48,758 nt of DNA from positions 1 through 48,758 of the forward strand of contig CALDUJ010000069.1 in the NCBI GenBank assembly GCA_937923735.1. The letters are read 5' to 3'. The translations under genes and the position numbers were made by a program. Positions 8,477-17,485 of the stretch are shown here, one piece after another; positions within the stretch are counted from its first letter, which is position 1, and every line of letters starts with the position of its first letter. The notes below the pieces were generated by a model, which was not told the DNA's origin, did not search any database, and saw only the letters and a program-made list of their open reading frames with translations. Source of the stretch: an uncultured Flavobacteriaceae bacterium. Its GTDB lineage: Bacteria > Bacteroidota > Bacteroidia > Flavobacteriales > Flavobacteriaceae.

Positions 8477-8983
8477 ATGAAGACCAGTATCAAAACATTC
8501 AGGGTTATCTTATTAGTATTTATATGCTTTTATTCTATGGCTGTTGTATATTTTGCCTTTGCTGCATTTTCAGGGCAATACTTCACTCCAGAAAAACTAT
8601 ATAGAACATCCTTTTTTGGGGATTTAATTAAGCCCAATTTTTACGCTTATTATGTATTTAACCTTTTAACTGATATATTTCTGATTTACTCATTATTACA
8701 GCTACTAAAAATAACTGACTTTTTTAAAGAGCAGAATTACTTTACTCCAAAAATTATCAGGCTTTTAAAATCTTCTGGCAGAAATTTTATCGCTACTGCC
8801 CTTATCGGTGTTTTGGGCACAATACTATATAACTATATGTTCACAGAGCATCCTTTAGAGCGTATGTTTATGCCCTTTATTCATCATTTTATGATACTGA
8901 TTCTAGGGCTAGGAATCCTAGTCATAGAAGAAATCCAGAAAAGAGCATTACATATTAAATCTGAAAACGACCTAACAATCTAA
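8477..8983 (+). CDS. DUF2975-type small multi-pass membrane protein, paralog 3
   Basis: 168 aa with the same architecture and a C-terminal ...IKSENDLTI. It starts 2 nt after the previous stop. Confidence 0.75.
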   Translation: MKTSIKTFRVILLVFICFYSMAVVYFAFAAFSGQYFTPEKLYRTSFFGDLIKPNFYAYYVFNLLTDIFLIYSLLQLLKITDFFKEQNYFTPKIIRLLKSSGRNFIATALIGVLGTILYNYMFTEHPLERMFMPFIHHFMILILGLGILVIEEIQKRALHIKSENDLTI

Positions 8984-8985
8984 GC

Positions 8986-9192
8986 ATGGCGATAATCGTA
9001 AATTTAGATGTCATGCTCGCCAAGCGAAAAATGAAAAGCAAAGAGCTTGCAGAAATCATTGGCATTACAACGGCTAATCTTTCTATACTTAAATCCGGAA
9101 AGGCAAAGGCTATCCGTTTCTCTACTTTAGAAGCCATTTGTAAAGCTTTGGATTGCCAACCAAGTGATATTTTGGAGTACGTTGAAGACTAA
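8986..9192 (+). CDS. Small Cro/CI-type (XRE, YozG-like) helix-turn-helix transcriptional regulator
   Basis: 68 aa. MAIIVNLDVMLAKRKMKSKELAEIIGITTANLSILKSGKAKAIRFSTLEAICKALDCQPSDIL is the characteristic YozG-family sequence. It starts 2 nt after the DUF2975 paralog 3 stop. Confidence 0.85.
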   Translation: MAIIVNLDVMLAKRKMKSKELAEIIGITTANLSILKSGKAKAIRFSTLEAICKALDCQPSDILEYVED

Positions 9193-9213
9193 AATCTCGT
9201 ATCTTTATCGTCT

Positions 9214-10473
9214 ATGTATGCCTTAGTAGACTGTAATAATTTTTATGCCTCCTGCGAGCGGGTTTTTAACCCAAATTTGCGCAACAAACCCTTAGTTATT
9301 CTATCTAACAATGATGGTTGCGTCATTTCCAGAAGTGATGAAGTAAAAGCAATGAAAGACTTACCAATGGCAGCTCCAGCTTTTAAATGGGAGCCCTTTT
9401 TTAAAGAACGAAATATTACGGTGCTCTCATCCAACTACCCGTTATATGGTGATATGAGCAGCCGCGTTATGAGAATTTTAGAGCAGTTTACACCGGATGT
9501 AGAAGTATACAGTATTGATGAAGCGTTCCTGCAATTTAAAGGCATGGACCATTATGATTTTAATGACTACGGTGAGCAAATTCGGCATCGCATATTAAAA
9601 TGGACAGGATTACCAGTTTGTGTTGGCATTGCTCCAACCAAGGCATTGAGCAAAGTCGCCAATAAAATTGCTCGAAAATTTCCAGAAAAAACCAAAGGCG
9701 TATATGTTATTGATTCTGAAGTATCTCGGCTAAAAGCACTTAAATGGACCAAGATTGAAAGTGTTTGGGGCATTGGTTATGGGCTTCAAAAACGACTAAA
9801 AGCTAAAGGTTGCAAGACCGCTTACGATTTTACACAACTCCCAGACGATTGGGTACGTAAAACAATGTCGATTACCGCATGGAAACTCAAAAAAGATTTA
9901 GAAGGTATCTCAAAAATTGAACTGGACGAACCCACGACCAAACGTGCCATAGCAACAACTCGAAGCTTTGAACGCACATATTCGGATATTAATAACATAA
10001 AAGAACGTATTTCTACATTCGCCACAAGTTGTGCAGAAAAATTACGTAAACAAAACTCTAGTTGCCATATGATTATGGTTATTTTGAGTAGTAACAGACA
10101 TAAGAAAGATGCCGAACAGCATCGCGCAAAAGCTATGGTAAGTTTATCTTATCCAACAGATTCGTCTTTGATTATAAGCAACGAAGCGGTAAAAGCTGTT
10201 GAAACTATTTTCAAATCAGGTATCAATTATAAACGTGCTGGCGTGATTGTTATGGGATTAGTGCCTACGTACAATCATCAGTTAGATATGTTTCAAAAAG
10301 AAAACCCAAAGCATAAGCCTTTAATGTCTGCTATTGATGGGCTGAATAAAAAATATAAGGACTATAAGATTAAGCTAGGCAACCAAGATCTTAAACGTAC
10401 CTGGAAAATGAAACAGGAGCGTCTGTCTCCAAAATACACAACGAATATTAATGATGTTATTAAGGTGAAGTAA
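9214..10473 (+). CDS. umuC: Y-family DNA polymerase, UmuC-like (DNA polymerase V catalytic subunit)
   Basis: 419 aa. Motifs DCNNFYASCE, SIDEAF, IAPTKALSKVAN and VWGIG are typical of UmuC/ImpB. Confidence 0.9.
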   Translation: MYALVDCNNFYASCERVFNPNLRNKPLVILSNNDGCVISRSDEVKAMKDLPMAAPAFKWEPFFKERNITVLSSNYPLYGDMSSRVMRILEQFTPDVEVYSIDEAFLQFKGMDHYDFNDYGEQIRHRILKWTGLPVCVGIAPTKALSKVANKIARKFPEKTKGVYVIDSEVSRLKALKWTKIESVWGIGYGLQKRLKAKGCKTAYDFTQLPDDWVRKTMSITAWKLKKDLEGISKIELDEPTTKRAIATTRSFERTYSDINNIKERISTFATSCAEKLRKQNSSCHMIMVILSSNRHKKDAEQHRAKAMVSLSYPTDSSLIISNEAVKAVETIFKSGINYKRAGVIVMGLVPTYNHQLDMFQKENPKHKPLMSAIDGLNKKYKDYKIKLGNQDLKRTWKMKQERLSPKYTTNINDVIKVK

Positions 10474-10868
10474 TGAGTAAATCATCTGGAATATTATTTT
10501 TTAACAGTGGGATTTCCGCTGGATTTCCATCTCCCGCAGAGGATTTTAAAGAAGAACGCTTGTCTTTAGATGATGAGTTAATTAAAAACAAAGAAGCCAC
10601 TTTTTTTGCTCGTGTTAGTGGACAATCCATGACTGGCGCTGGATTAGACGATAACGATTTGTTGATTATAGATAGAAGTCTTGAGCCTGAGAATAATAAA
10701 ATAGCTGTTTGTTTTATTGATGGAGAATTTACAGTAAAGCGATTGAAAGTTGAAAACAACTGCATTTGGTTATTACCCGAAAACCCAAAATATAAGGCTA
10801 TAAAAGTGACAGAAGACAATGAATTAGTAATTTGGGGAATTGTTACTACTGTCATCAAAAAAGTATAA
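10473..10868 (+). CDS. umuD: UmuD-like S24 peptidase (LexA-type autoprotease domain, no HTH)
   Basis: 131 aa. SAGFPSPAEDF aligns with E. coli UmuD QCGFPSPA, giving an Ala-Gly cleavage site. It has the Ser nucleophile in SGQSM and the Lys in GEFTVKRL. The ATG overlaps the umuC stop by 1 nt (TAATG). Confidence 0.85.
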   Translation: MSKSSGILFFNSGISAGFPSPAEDFKEERLSLDDELIKNKEATFFARVSGQSMTGAGLDDNDLLIIDRSLEPENNKIAVCFIDGEFTVKRLKVENNCIWLLPENPKYKAIKVTEDNELVIWGIVTTVIKKV

Positions 10869-10928
10869 TCTTTTAGACATCTCATCAATAAATTCTTCTT
10901 AAATTTAATGCTTATCAAATCCTCATTA

Positions 10929-13900
10929 ATGACTAAGAAGCTTTTTGTCGTTTTATCATTATTTGCACTATACTTCAACTGCTCCGAAGAAAAGAAAGAG
11001 ACGCCAAAATCCGGAGAGTCAAAAATCCTTTTTACTAAAATACCGAGTACTCAATCTTCTATAAATTTTGCGAATACAATTGAGGAACGTTTAGATTTTA
11101 ATTTCCTAAATTATTCCTATATCTATAACGGCGGTGGTGTTGCCATAGGAGATATTAATAATGATGGATTGGAAGATATTTATTTTACCTCCAATCAAAA
11201 TTCTAATAAATTATATTTAAATAAAGGTGATTTCAAGTTCAAGGATATTACCGAAACTGCCAATGTAAAAGATGACAATGGCTGGTCTACAGGTGTCACC
11301 ATGGTCGACATTAATAATGATGGTTGGTTGGATATTTATGTATGTAAATCTGGCGAATTAAAGAATCCGGAACTAAGGCGAAACAAGCTTTTTATAAATC
11401 AAAAAAATAATACATTTAAAGAAGAGGCTAATAAATATGGCCTGAATCAGCAAGGATTCTCTACACAAGCCTACTTTTTTGATTACGATAACGACAACGA
11501 TTTAGACATGTATCTTGTTAATCATCGTGCGGATTTTAGGAACAATACTAAAATAAGTTTCGAAATACAACGACAATTTACACAAGAAGACACCGATCAT
11601 TTATTCAGAAATGATAATGGAAAATTTACTGATGTAACTAGTCAGTCAGGTACTGTAAACAAAGCATGGGGGCTGAGTGCTTCCATCGGAGATTTCAATA
11701 ATGATGGTTGGTCCGACATCTACGTAGCCAACGATTTTTTGGAGCCCGATTTATTATACATAAACAACAAAAACGGCACATTTACTAATAAGATTCTCGA
11801 TTATTTTAAACACATCTCTTTTAATAGTATGGGTTCTGACTTTGCCGATATTAATAATGACATGCTTCCAGACCTTATTGTTTTGGATATGATGGCTGAA
11901 GACCGCATTCGTGGAAAGGAGAACATGGCAACCATGAGCACTGAAAACTTCAACCAGATTGTAAATGTTGGATATCATCATCAGTATATGTCCAATATGC
12001 TTCAAAAAAATAATGGCAATGCCACTTTTAGTGAGATTGGACAACTCTCAGGAATAGCAAAAACAGATTGGAGTTGGGCGCCACTCATCGCAGATTTTAA
12101 TAATGACGGTTACAATGATGTATTTGTAACCAATGGCATAAAGCATGACCTATCCAATCAAGATTTTAGAAATAATGTAAGGCAACTAACGGCCAATAAA
12201 AAACAAATGACATTAGAGCAAGCTATTAACATGATGCCGTCAGCAAAGTTGAGCAACTATATGTTTACCAATAATTCTGACTATATTTTTAAAAATTCTA
12301 CAAAGAAGTTTGAGTTAGATGAAAAGATAAACTCCAATGGTGCTGCCTACGCAGATTTAGATAATGATGGCGATTTAGACCTTGTAGTAAATAATCAATC
12401 TGATAAAGCATCTATTTACAAAAATAATTCTGAAGCCAATTATCTGAGAGTCTCACTCCAAGGTCCAAAAAACAACTTAAAAAGTATTGGAGCAAAAGTA
12501 GAAGTTTATGCTAATGGGGATCAGCAAATAAAAGAAGTATATCCAAGCAGAGGATTCCAGTCATCAGTTAGTTATGTATTGAATTTTGGATTAGGTAACG
12601 CCGAAAAAATAGATAGCCTCAAGGTGACTTGGAATACCACTAAAGAGCAAAGATTGACTAATATTGATACAAATAAGCATCTTAAATTATCTTATGCTGA
12701 TGCCATAAATAAAGTAGCTAAAAAATCAGATTCAGATTCTAATTTTAAACCAATAAATCCATCAACGATTGGCATAAACTATAAACACAAAGCGGTAGAT
12801 TTTAACGATTACGACATCCAATTGCTATTACCTCAAAAACAATCAACTATTGATAATGCGCTCGCAGTCGCAGATGTAAACAATGATGGTTTAGATGATT
12901 TTTTTGTTGGAAATACATCGGGGCAAAGTGCTGTACTTTATATCCAAAATACCACTGGAAAATTCAGCCTTTCCAATGAAGTACTCTTCCAGAGAGATAA
13001 AAAATTCAATGATAACAACGCCCTCTTTTTTGATGCAGATGGTGATAAAGATTTGGATTTATTTGTTGCCTCAGGAAACTATAGTCAGCCCGAGAACAGT
13101 CCTCTATTGCAAGACCGATTGTATATAAATGATGGCAAGGGGAACTTTTCAAAAAGCAATAAACTCCCAAAAATGCTAACTATTACAAAAGCCATTGCTG
13201 CAAATGATTTTGATAATGATGGCGACCAAGACTTGTTTATTGGTGGACGTGTAATTCCTAGCATGTATCCTAATGCGCCAGAATCATATTTACTTGAAAA
13301 CAGAAACGGAAAATTCTTCAACATTACAGAAAACAAAGGAAAAGAACTCAAGAATATTGGCTTAGTTAATGATGCTATTTTTTCTGATTATGACAAGGAT
13401 GGAGATGAAGATTTGATTGTCGTAGGCGAATGGATGTCTGTTTCAATTTTTAATAATAATGAAGATGTATTCTCTAAAGTTGAATCCGGTTTCGATGATT
13501 TAAAAGGTTGGTTTCAATCTATTAAAGCTATAGATTTAGATAATGATGGCGACGAGGATTATCTTGTTGGAAACATGGGTGAGAACAATAAATTTCATCC
13601 TTCAAAAGAAAAACCACTTCATATTTACGCCAATCATTTTGACGATAACGACAGTTATGATATTGCTTTAAGTAAGGAATATCAAGGGGAATTATTTCCT
13701 GTAAGAGGGAAAGAATGTTCCTCTGAGCAAACTCCTTTCTTAAATGAAAAATTTGGCACCTATAAAGGTTTTGCCGCATCTAACATTGTAGATGTTTACG
13801 GTGAAGAAAATATTGCAAATGCCCTACATTTAGAGGTAACTACCTTCAGTTCTTACTACATTAAAAATAATGGTAATGGTAATCTTGAAACGGTTAAGTT

Positions 13901-14198
13901 GCCCAATATTGCTCAATTTGGACCAACATTAGATTTTGAGATTTTAGATGTAAATAATGATGGCCAAAATGAAGTTCTTGGTGTTGGAACTATTTATGAT
14001 GCAGAAGTGGAAACTATACGATATGATGCTTCTAAAGGTTATATTTTGAATTATAACAACGGATTCTCAGTAATTAAAAATATAAATTTCTTGCTTAACA
14101 AAGAGTCAAAAACCATTGAGAAAATAACCATAAAAGGCACACCTCATCTTATTGTTATGAATGCCAATGGCAGCCTCTCGATTTTCATGAGTAATTGA
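10929..14198 (+). CDS. VCBS/FG-GAP repeat lipoprotein with ASPIC/UnbV domain (CRTAC1-like family)
   Basis: 1089 aa from the ATG at 10929 (MTKKLFVVLSLFALYFNC, lipobox). It has many DINNDGxxDIY FG-GAP/VCBS calcium-binding repeats. The central YLRVSLQGPKNNLKSIGAKVEVY...GFQSS...LNFGLG matches the UnbV_ASPIC pattern. Confidence 0.85.
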   Translation: MTKKLFVVLSLFALYFNCSEEKKETPKSGESKILFTKIPSTQSSINFANTIEERLDFNFLNYSYIYNGGGVAIGDINNDGLEDIYFTSNQNSNKLYLNKGDFKFKDITETANVKDDNGWSTGVTMVDINNDGWLDIYVCKSGELKNPELRRNKLFINQKNNTFKEEANKYGLNQQGFSTQAYFFDYDNDNDLDMYLVNHRADFRNNTKISFEIQRQFTQEDTDHLFRNDNGKFTDVTSQSGTVNKAWGLSASIGDFNNDGWSDIYVANDFLEPDLLYINNKNGTFTNKILDYFKHISFNSMGSDFADINNDMLPDLIVLDMMAEDRIRGKENMATMSTENFNQIVNVGYHHQYMSNMLQKNNGNATFSEIGQLSGIAKTDWSWAPLIADFNNDGYNDVFVTNGIKHDLSNQDFRNNVRQLTANKKQMTLEQAINMMPSAKLSNYMFTNNSDYIFKNSTKKFELDEKINSNGAAYADLDNDGDLDLVVNNQSDKASIYKNNSEANYLRVSLQGPKNNLKSIGAKVEVYANGDQQIKEVYPSRGFQSSVSYVLNFGLGNAEKIDSLKVTWNTTKEQRLTNIDTNKHLKLSYADAINKVAKKSDSDSNFKPINPSTIGINYKHKAVDFNDYDIQLLLPQKQSTIDNALAVADVNNDGLDDFFVGNTSGQSAVLYIQNTTGKFSLSNEVLFQRDKKFNDNNALFFDADGDKDLDLFVASGNYSQPENSPLLQDRLYINDGKGNFSKSNKLPKMLTITKAIAANDFDNDGDQDLFIGGRVIPSMYPNAPESYLLENRNGKFFNITENKGKELKNIGLVNDAIFSDYDKDGDEDLIVVGEWMSVSIFNNNEDVFSKVESGFDDLKGWFQSIKAIDLDNDGDEDYLVGNMGENNKFHPSKEKPLHIYANHFDDNDSYDIALSKEYQGELFPVRGKECSSEQTPFLNEKFGTYKGFAASNIVDVYGEENIANALHLEVTTFSSYYIKNNGNGNLETVKLPNIAQFGPTLDFEILDVNNDGQNEVLGVGTIYDAEVETIRYDASKGYILNYNNGFSVIKNINFLLNKESKTIEKITIKGTPHLIVMNANGSLSIFMSN

Positions 14199-14273
14199 TT
14201 TTTATAAAGAATTAATAACTGCTAATTATCTTTAAAAAGTATACCTTTAAACTAACTCTTTATTATCTCTTAT

Positions 14274-16085
14274 ATGATTGATTTATCATCGTTAGATTTT
14301 TTTCTCATTATTCTATTTTTTGCCATTACTCTTTTTATAGGCATCTATGTTTCCAAAAAATCAGGAAAAAGTTCTGCTGAATACTTTTTATCAGGAAGAA
14401 ATATGCCATGGTGGCTCTTAGGTATTTCGATGGTAGCGACAACTTTTTCGACAGACACACCTAATTTTGTAACGGATATTGTTCGAAAAGACGGTGTCTC
14501 CTCCAATTGGATGTGGTGGGCATTTTTGATTACTGGTTTATTGACCGTTTTTGTATATGCTAAGCTATGGCGAAAATCTCAAGTCAATACGGATATAGAA
14601 TTCTACGAGCTGCGATATGGAGGATCTCCTGGAAGATTTTTGCGTGGATTTAGAGCCGTATATTTAGGCTTATTATTCAATGTATTTGCAATGGCCGGTG
14701 TTACATTGGCAGCCATTAAGATTGGTAGCATTATGCTTGGTTTACAACCTTGGGAAACTATCGTTTATGCTGGGACAATTACTGTCTTTTTTAGCGCCTT
14801 AGGTGGTTTTAAAGGTGTCGTTTATACCGATTTTATCTTGTTTTTTACGGCTATGGCTGGTGCTATTGGCGCTGCCTATTACTTAGTTAATATTCCAGAA
14901 GTTGGTGGATTGACTAACATGCTAGAGCATGCAAATGTGGTCGACAAGCTCTCAATTTTACCAGATTTTAGCAATACTGAGGCTTTAATTACTTTACTAG
15001 TAATCCCTCTTGCAGTACAGTGGTGGAGTACATGGTTTCCGGGAGCAGAACCTGGTGGTGGTGGTTATATTGCACAGCGTATGTTAGCTGCTAAAGATGA
15101 AAATCATGCTATTGGAGCAACCTTATTTTTCAACATTATGCATTATGCTTTACGTCCTTGGCCTTGGATTATTGTTGCTCTTGCATCACTTGTCGTATTT
15201 CCAGACATAGCTAGTATTCAAGAGGCTTTTCCGAATGTTCCTGAAGATAAATTAGGACATGACTTGGCCTATTCAGCGATGCTCACTAAACTACCACATG
15301 GTCTACTAGGTTTGGTTCTTGCTTCGCTTGTTGCTGCTTATATGAGCACTATTTCAACACATTTAAATTGGGGGGCGTCCTACATCGTTAATGATTTCTA
15401 CAAACAGCAAATAAATAAGACAGCTAGTGAAAAAACACTTGTAACGGTTGGTAGGATAACAACTGTGGTTTTAATGTTGCTAAGTGCTTTATTTGCTTTA
15501 TACCTCAAGAACGCTCAAGAGCTCTTTAACATCATTATCATGTTTGGAGCTGGAACAGGTTTAATTTTTATTTTAAGGTGGTTTTGGTGGCGTATTAATG
15601 CTTGGACAGAGATTTCCGCGATGATTGCCTCAGGCGTCTTATCGTTATTAATAAAGTTTACTAGTTTGGGAGATATTCTGTTTGGAGATTCTGGTATCAT
15701 GCCTAATTGGGCTCAAATTCCATTTGTTGTCATTGTTACTACTATTATTTGGCTAATAGTTACCTACATCTCAAAACCTGAAAGTAGTGAAGTATTGCAG
15801 AGTTTTTACAAACGCACTCAACCCGGAGGGCCGGGATGGTCCAAGGTGATTTCCGAAGCAGCTCAAGATAACAAAGATATTGTTGATTCCACTGAAGGTT
15901 GGAGCGTTCCTTCTGGAATAGTAGCAATGTTACTTGGGTGTGTCTTAATTTATAGTATCATGTTTGCAACAGGTTATTGGATTTATGGCAAAAACACTTT
16001 AGCGCTTTCCTTAACTGCTTCTGCTATAATAAGCAGTTATCTTTTAATAAGAACTTGGAAGAAAATAAGAGCTAAAATTTTATAA
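14274..16085 (+). CDS. Sodium:solute symporter family (SSF) transporter
   Basis: 603 aa with about 13-14 hydrophobic helices and the typical SSF N-terminus (AEYFLSGRNMPWW, GISMVATTFSTDTP). Confidence 0.88.
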   Translation: MIDLSSLDFFLIILFFAITLFIGIYVSKKSGKSSAEYFLSGRNMPWWLLGISMVATTFSTDTPNFVTDIVRKDGVSSNWMWWAFLITGLLTVFVYAKLWRKSQVNTDIEFYELRYGGSPGRFLRGFRAVYLGLLFNVFAMAGVTLAAIKIGSIMLGLQPWETIVYAGTITVFFSALGGFKGVVYTDFILFFTAMAGAIGAAYYLVNIPEVGGLTNMLEHANVVDKLSILPDFSNTEALITLLVIPLAVQWWSTWFPGAEPGGGGYIAQRMLAAKDENHAIGATLFFNIMHYALRPWPWIIVALASLVVFPDIASIQEAFPNVPEDKLGHDLAYSAMLTKLPHGLLGLVLASLVAAYMSTISTHLNWGASYIVNDFYKQQINKTASEKTLVTVGRITTVVLMLLSALFALYLKNAQELFNIIIMFGAGTGLIFILRWFWWRINAWTEISAMIASGVLSLLIKFTSLGDILFGDSGIMPNWAQIPFVVIVTTIIWLIVTYISKPESSEVLQSFYKRTQPGGPGWSKVISEAAQDNKDIVDSTEGWSVPSGIVAMLLGCVLIYSIMFATGYWIYGKNTLALSLTASAIISSYLLIRTWKKIRAKIL

Positions 16086-17066
16086 ATGACAACTAAAAAG
16101 GTTCGTTGGGGTGTTATAGGATGTGGTAATGTTACTGAAGTAAAAAGTGTACCTGCTTATCAACAAATCGATGGATTTGAAGTTATTTCCGTGATGAGAA
16201 GGGATTTAGATTTAGCAGAAGATTATGCTAAACGTCACAAGATAAAAAGCTTCTCGAATAAAGCAGAAGATTTAATTTATAGTCCAGATATTGATGCGAT
16301 TTACATTGCTACACCACCAGATACGCATCATCATTATGCGCTAGAAGTTGCTAAAGCTGGTAAAATTTGTTGTATTGAAAAACCAATGGCTCCTAGCTAC
16401 AATGAATGCTTAGAAATCTTAGAAGCATTCAATAAAAAGAACATCTCATTATTTGTAGCTTATTACAGACGCTCTTTACCAAGGTTTGAAAAAGTGAAAT
16501 CTTTACTTGATAATGAAACCACTGGAACTATAAGACATATAAACTGGCAATTTCATAAGCCTGCTAACGATATAGATATATCTCAAAAATATAACTGGAG
16601 AACAGACAAAAAAATAGCTTACGGAGGTTATTATGATGACCTTGCTAGTCACGGTTTGGATTTATTTACACATCTATTAGGAGACATAAAAAATGTTTCA
16701 GGTATAAGCTCAAACCAACAAGGGTTTTACTCTGCTATGGACGCAATTACTGGTAATTGGATTCATGAAAATGGCATCACTGGTTCTGGATATTGGAATT
16801 TTGGTGCTTTTGAAAGAAAAGATGAAGTTGAAATTATAGGAAGTAAGGGCAAAATAGCATTTTCAGTTTTTAATGAAGCTCCTATCCGAATAATTACTTC
16901 AACTAAACAGGAAAGTATTGTTATTGAGAATCCGAAACATATACAATATTACCATGTTGAAAACATGAAAAATGCTCTTCAAAATAATACGAAGCATCCT
17001 TCAACTGGAAAAACAGCTACGCATACAGCTTGGGTAATGGATAAAATGCTTGGTAAGATTCAATAA
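16086..17066 (+). CDS. Gfo/Idh/MocA family NAD(P)-dependent oxidoreductase
   Basis: 326 aa. Rossmann N-terminus VRWGVIGCGNV and an EKP motif (CCIEKPMA). The ATG directly abuts the symporter stop (TAAATG). Confidence 0.85.
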   Translation: MTTKKVRWGVIGCGNVTEVKSVPAYQQIDGFEVISVMRRDLDLAEDYAKRHKIKSFSNKAEDLIYSPDIDAIYIATPPDTHHHYALEVAKAGKICCIEKPMAPSYNECLEILEAFNKKNISLFVAYYRRSLPRFEKVKSLLDNETTGTIRHINWQFHKPANDIDISQKYNWRTDKKIAYGGYYDDLASHGLDLFTHLLGDIKNVSGISSNQQGFYSAMDAITGNWIHENGITGSGYWNFGAFERKDEVEIIGSKGKIAFSVFNEAPIRIITSTKQESIVIENPKHIQYYHVENMKNALQNNTKHPSTGKTATHTAWVMDKMLGKIQ

Positions 17067-17068
17067 AA

Positions 17069-17092
17069 AACGCCAAGTTTTCACTTGGCGTT
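17069..17092. terminator. Intrinsic terminator hairpin between convergent genes. It is strongest for atpDC (minus strand) and usable in both directions.
   Basis: AACGCCAAGT-tttc-ACTTGGCGTT forms a 10-bp stem. It is flanked by an A-run at 17065-17068 on the plus strand, which is the T-run for the minus strand, and by TTATATCTT on the plus side. Confidence 0.7.
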
Positions 17093-17114
17093 ATATCTTA
17101 AAATAATTGTTCTT

Positions 17115-17393
17115 TTAATCAGCTAAGACAATCACTTTATTATCTTTCATTTCAATAGTGCCAGAATTAATCTTTAGCCACATACCGCCTTTATCCCCTT
17201 TAGTAAATTTATCTTCGACCTCTTCTTCTAGAGTGATATCGCCAAATATTTTAACATGCCCATCTTTTAAAAGAGAGACTATTGGAGCGTGGTTGTTAAG
17301 CATTTCAAATTCACCATTAACCCCAGGAACAGCTATACTGTTTACATCTCCTTTAAATAATGTTGCTTCTGGTGAAACGATTTCTAAATACAT
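17115..17393 (-). CDS. atpC: F0F1 ATP synthase epsilon subunit (short form, beta-sandwich domain only)
   Basis: 92 aa. LEIVSPEATLFKGDVNSIAVPGVNGEFEMLNNHAPIVSLL is the typical epsilon N-domain. It lies immediately downstream of atpD. Confidence 0.9.
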   Translation of the reverse strand: MYLEIVSPEATLFKGDVNSIAVPGVNGEFEMLNNHAPIVSLLKDGHVKIFGDITLEEEVEDKFTKGDKGGMWLKINSGTIEMKDNKVIVLAD

Positions 17394-17394
17394 A

Positions 17395-17485
17395 GTAAAA
17401 CTTGTTTTACTACCCTGAATTTATTTCAGGGTCATTTTAATGTTTATTCAAGATTAATATAAAGATGCTGAAACAAGTTCAGCAT
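17395..17485 (-). promoter_or_regulatory. Three consecutive stem-loops in the atpD-atpC intergenic spacer
   Basis: GTAAAAC-tt-GTTTTAC (17395-17410), ACCCTGAA-tttat-TTCAGGGT (17412-17432) and ATGCTGAA-acaag-TTCAGCAT (17465-17485). Confidence 0.55.

Noticed and set aside
9168-9174. Internal promoter for umuC inside the HTH gene (TATTTTG)
   Set aside because: It is one T short of the TAnnTTTG consensus and has no -33 element. It is kept only as a caveat to the operon hypothesis.
10460-10978. 172-aa ORF antisense to the whole umuD-like gene
   Set aside because: It fully overlaps a gene with clear S24 catalytic motifs. Its sequence is low-complexity and Ser/Leu/Asn-rich with no recognisable motif, which is typical of shadow ORFs in AT-rich DNA.
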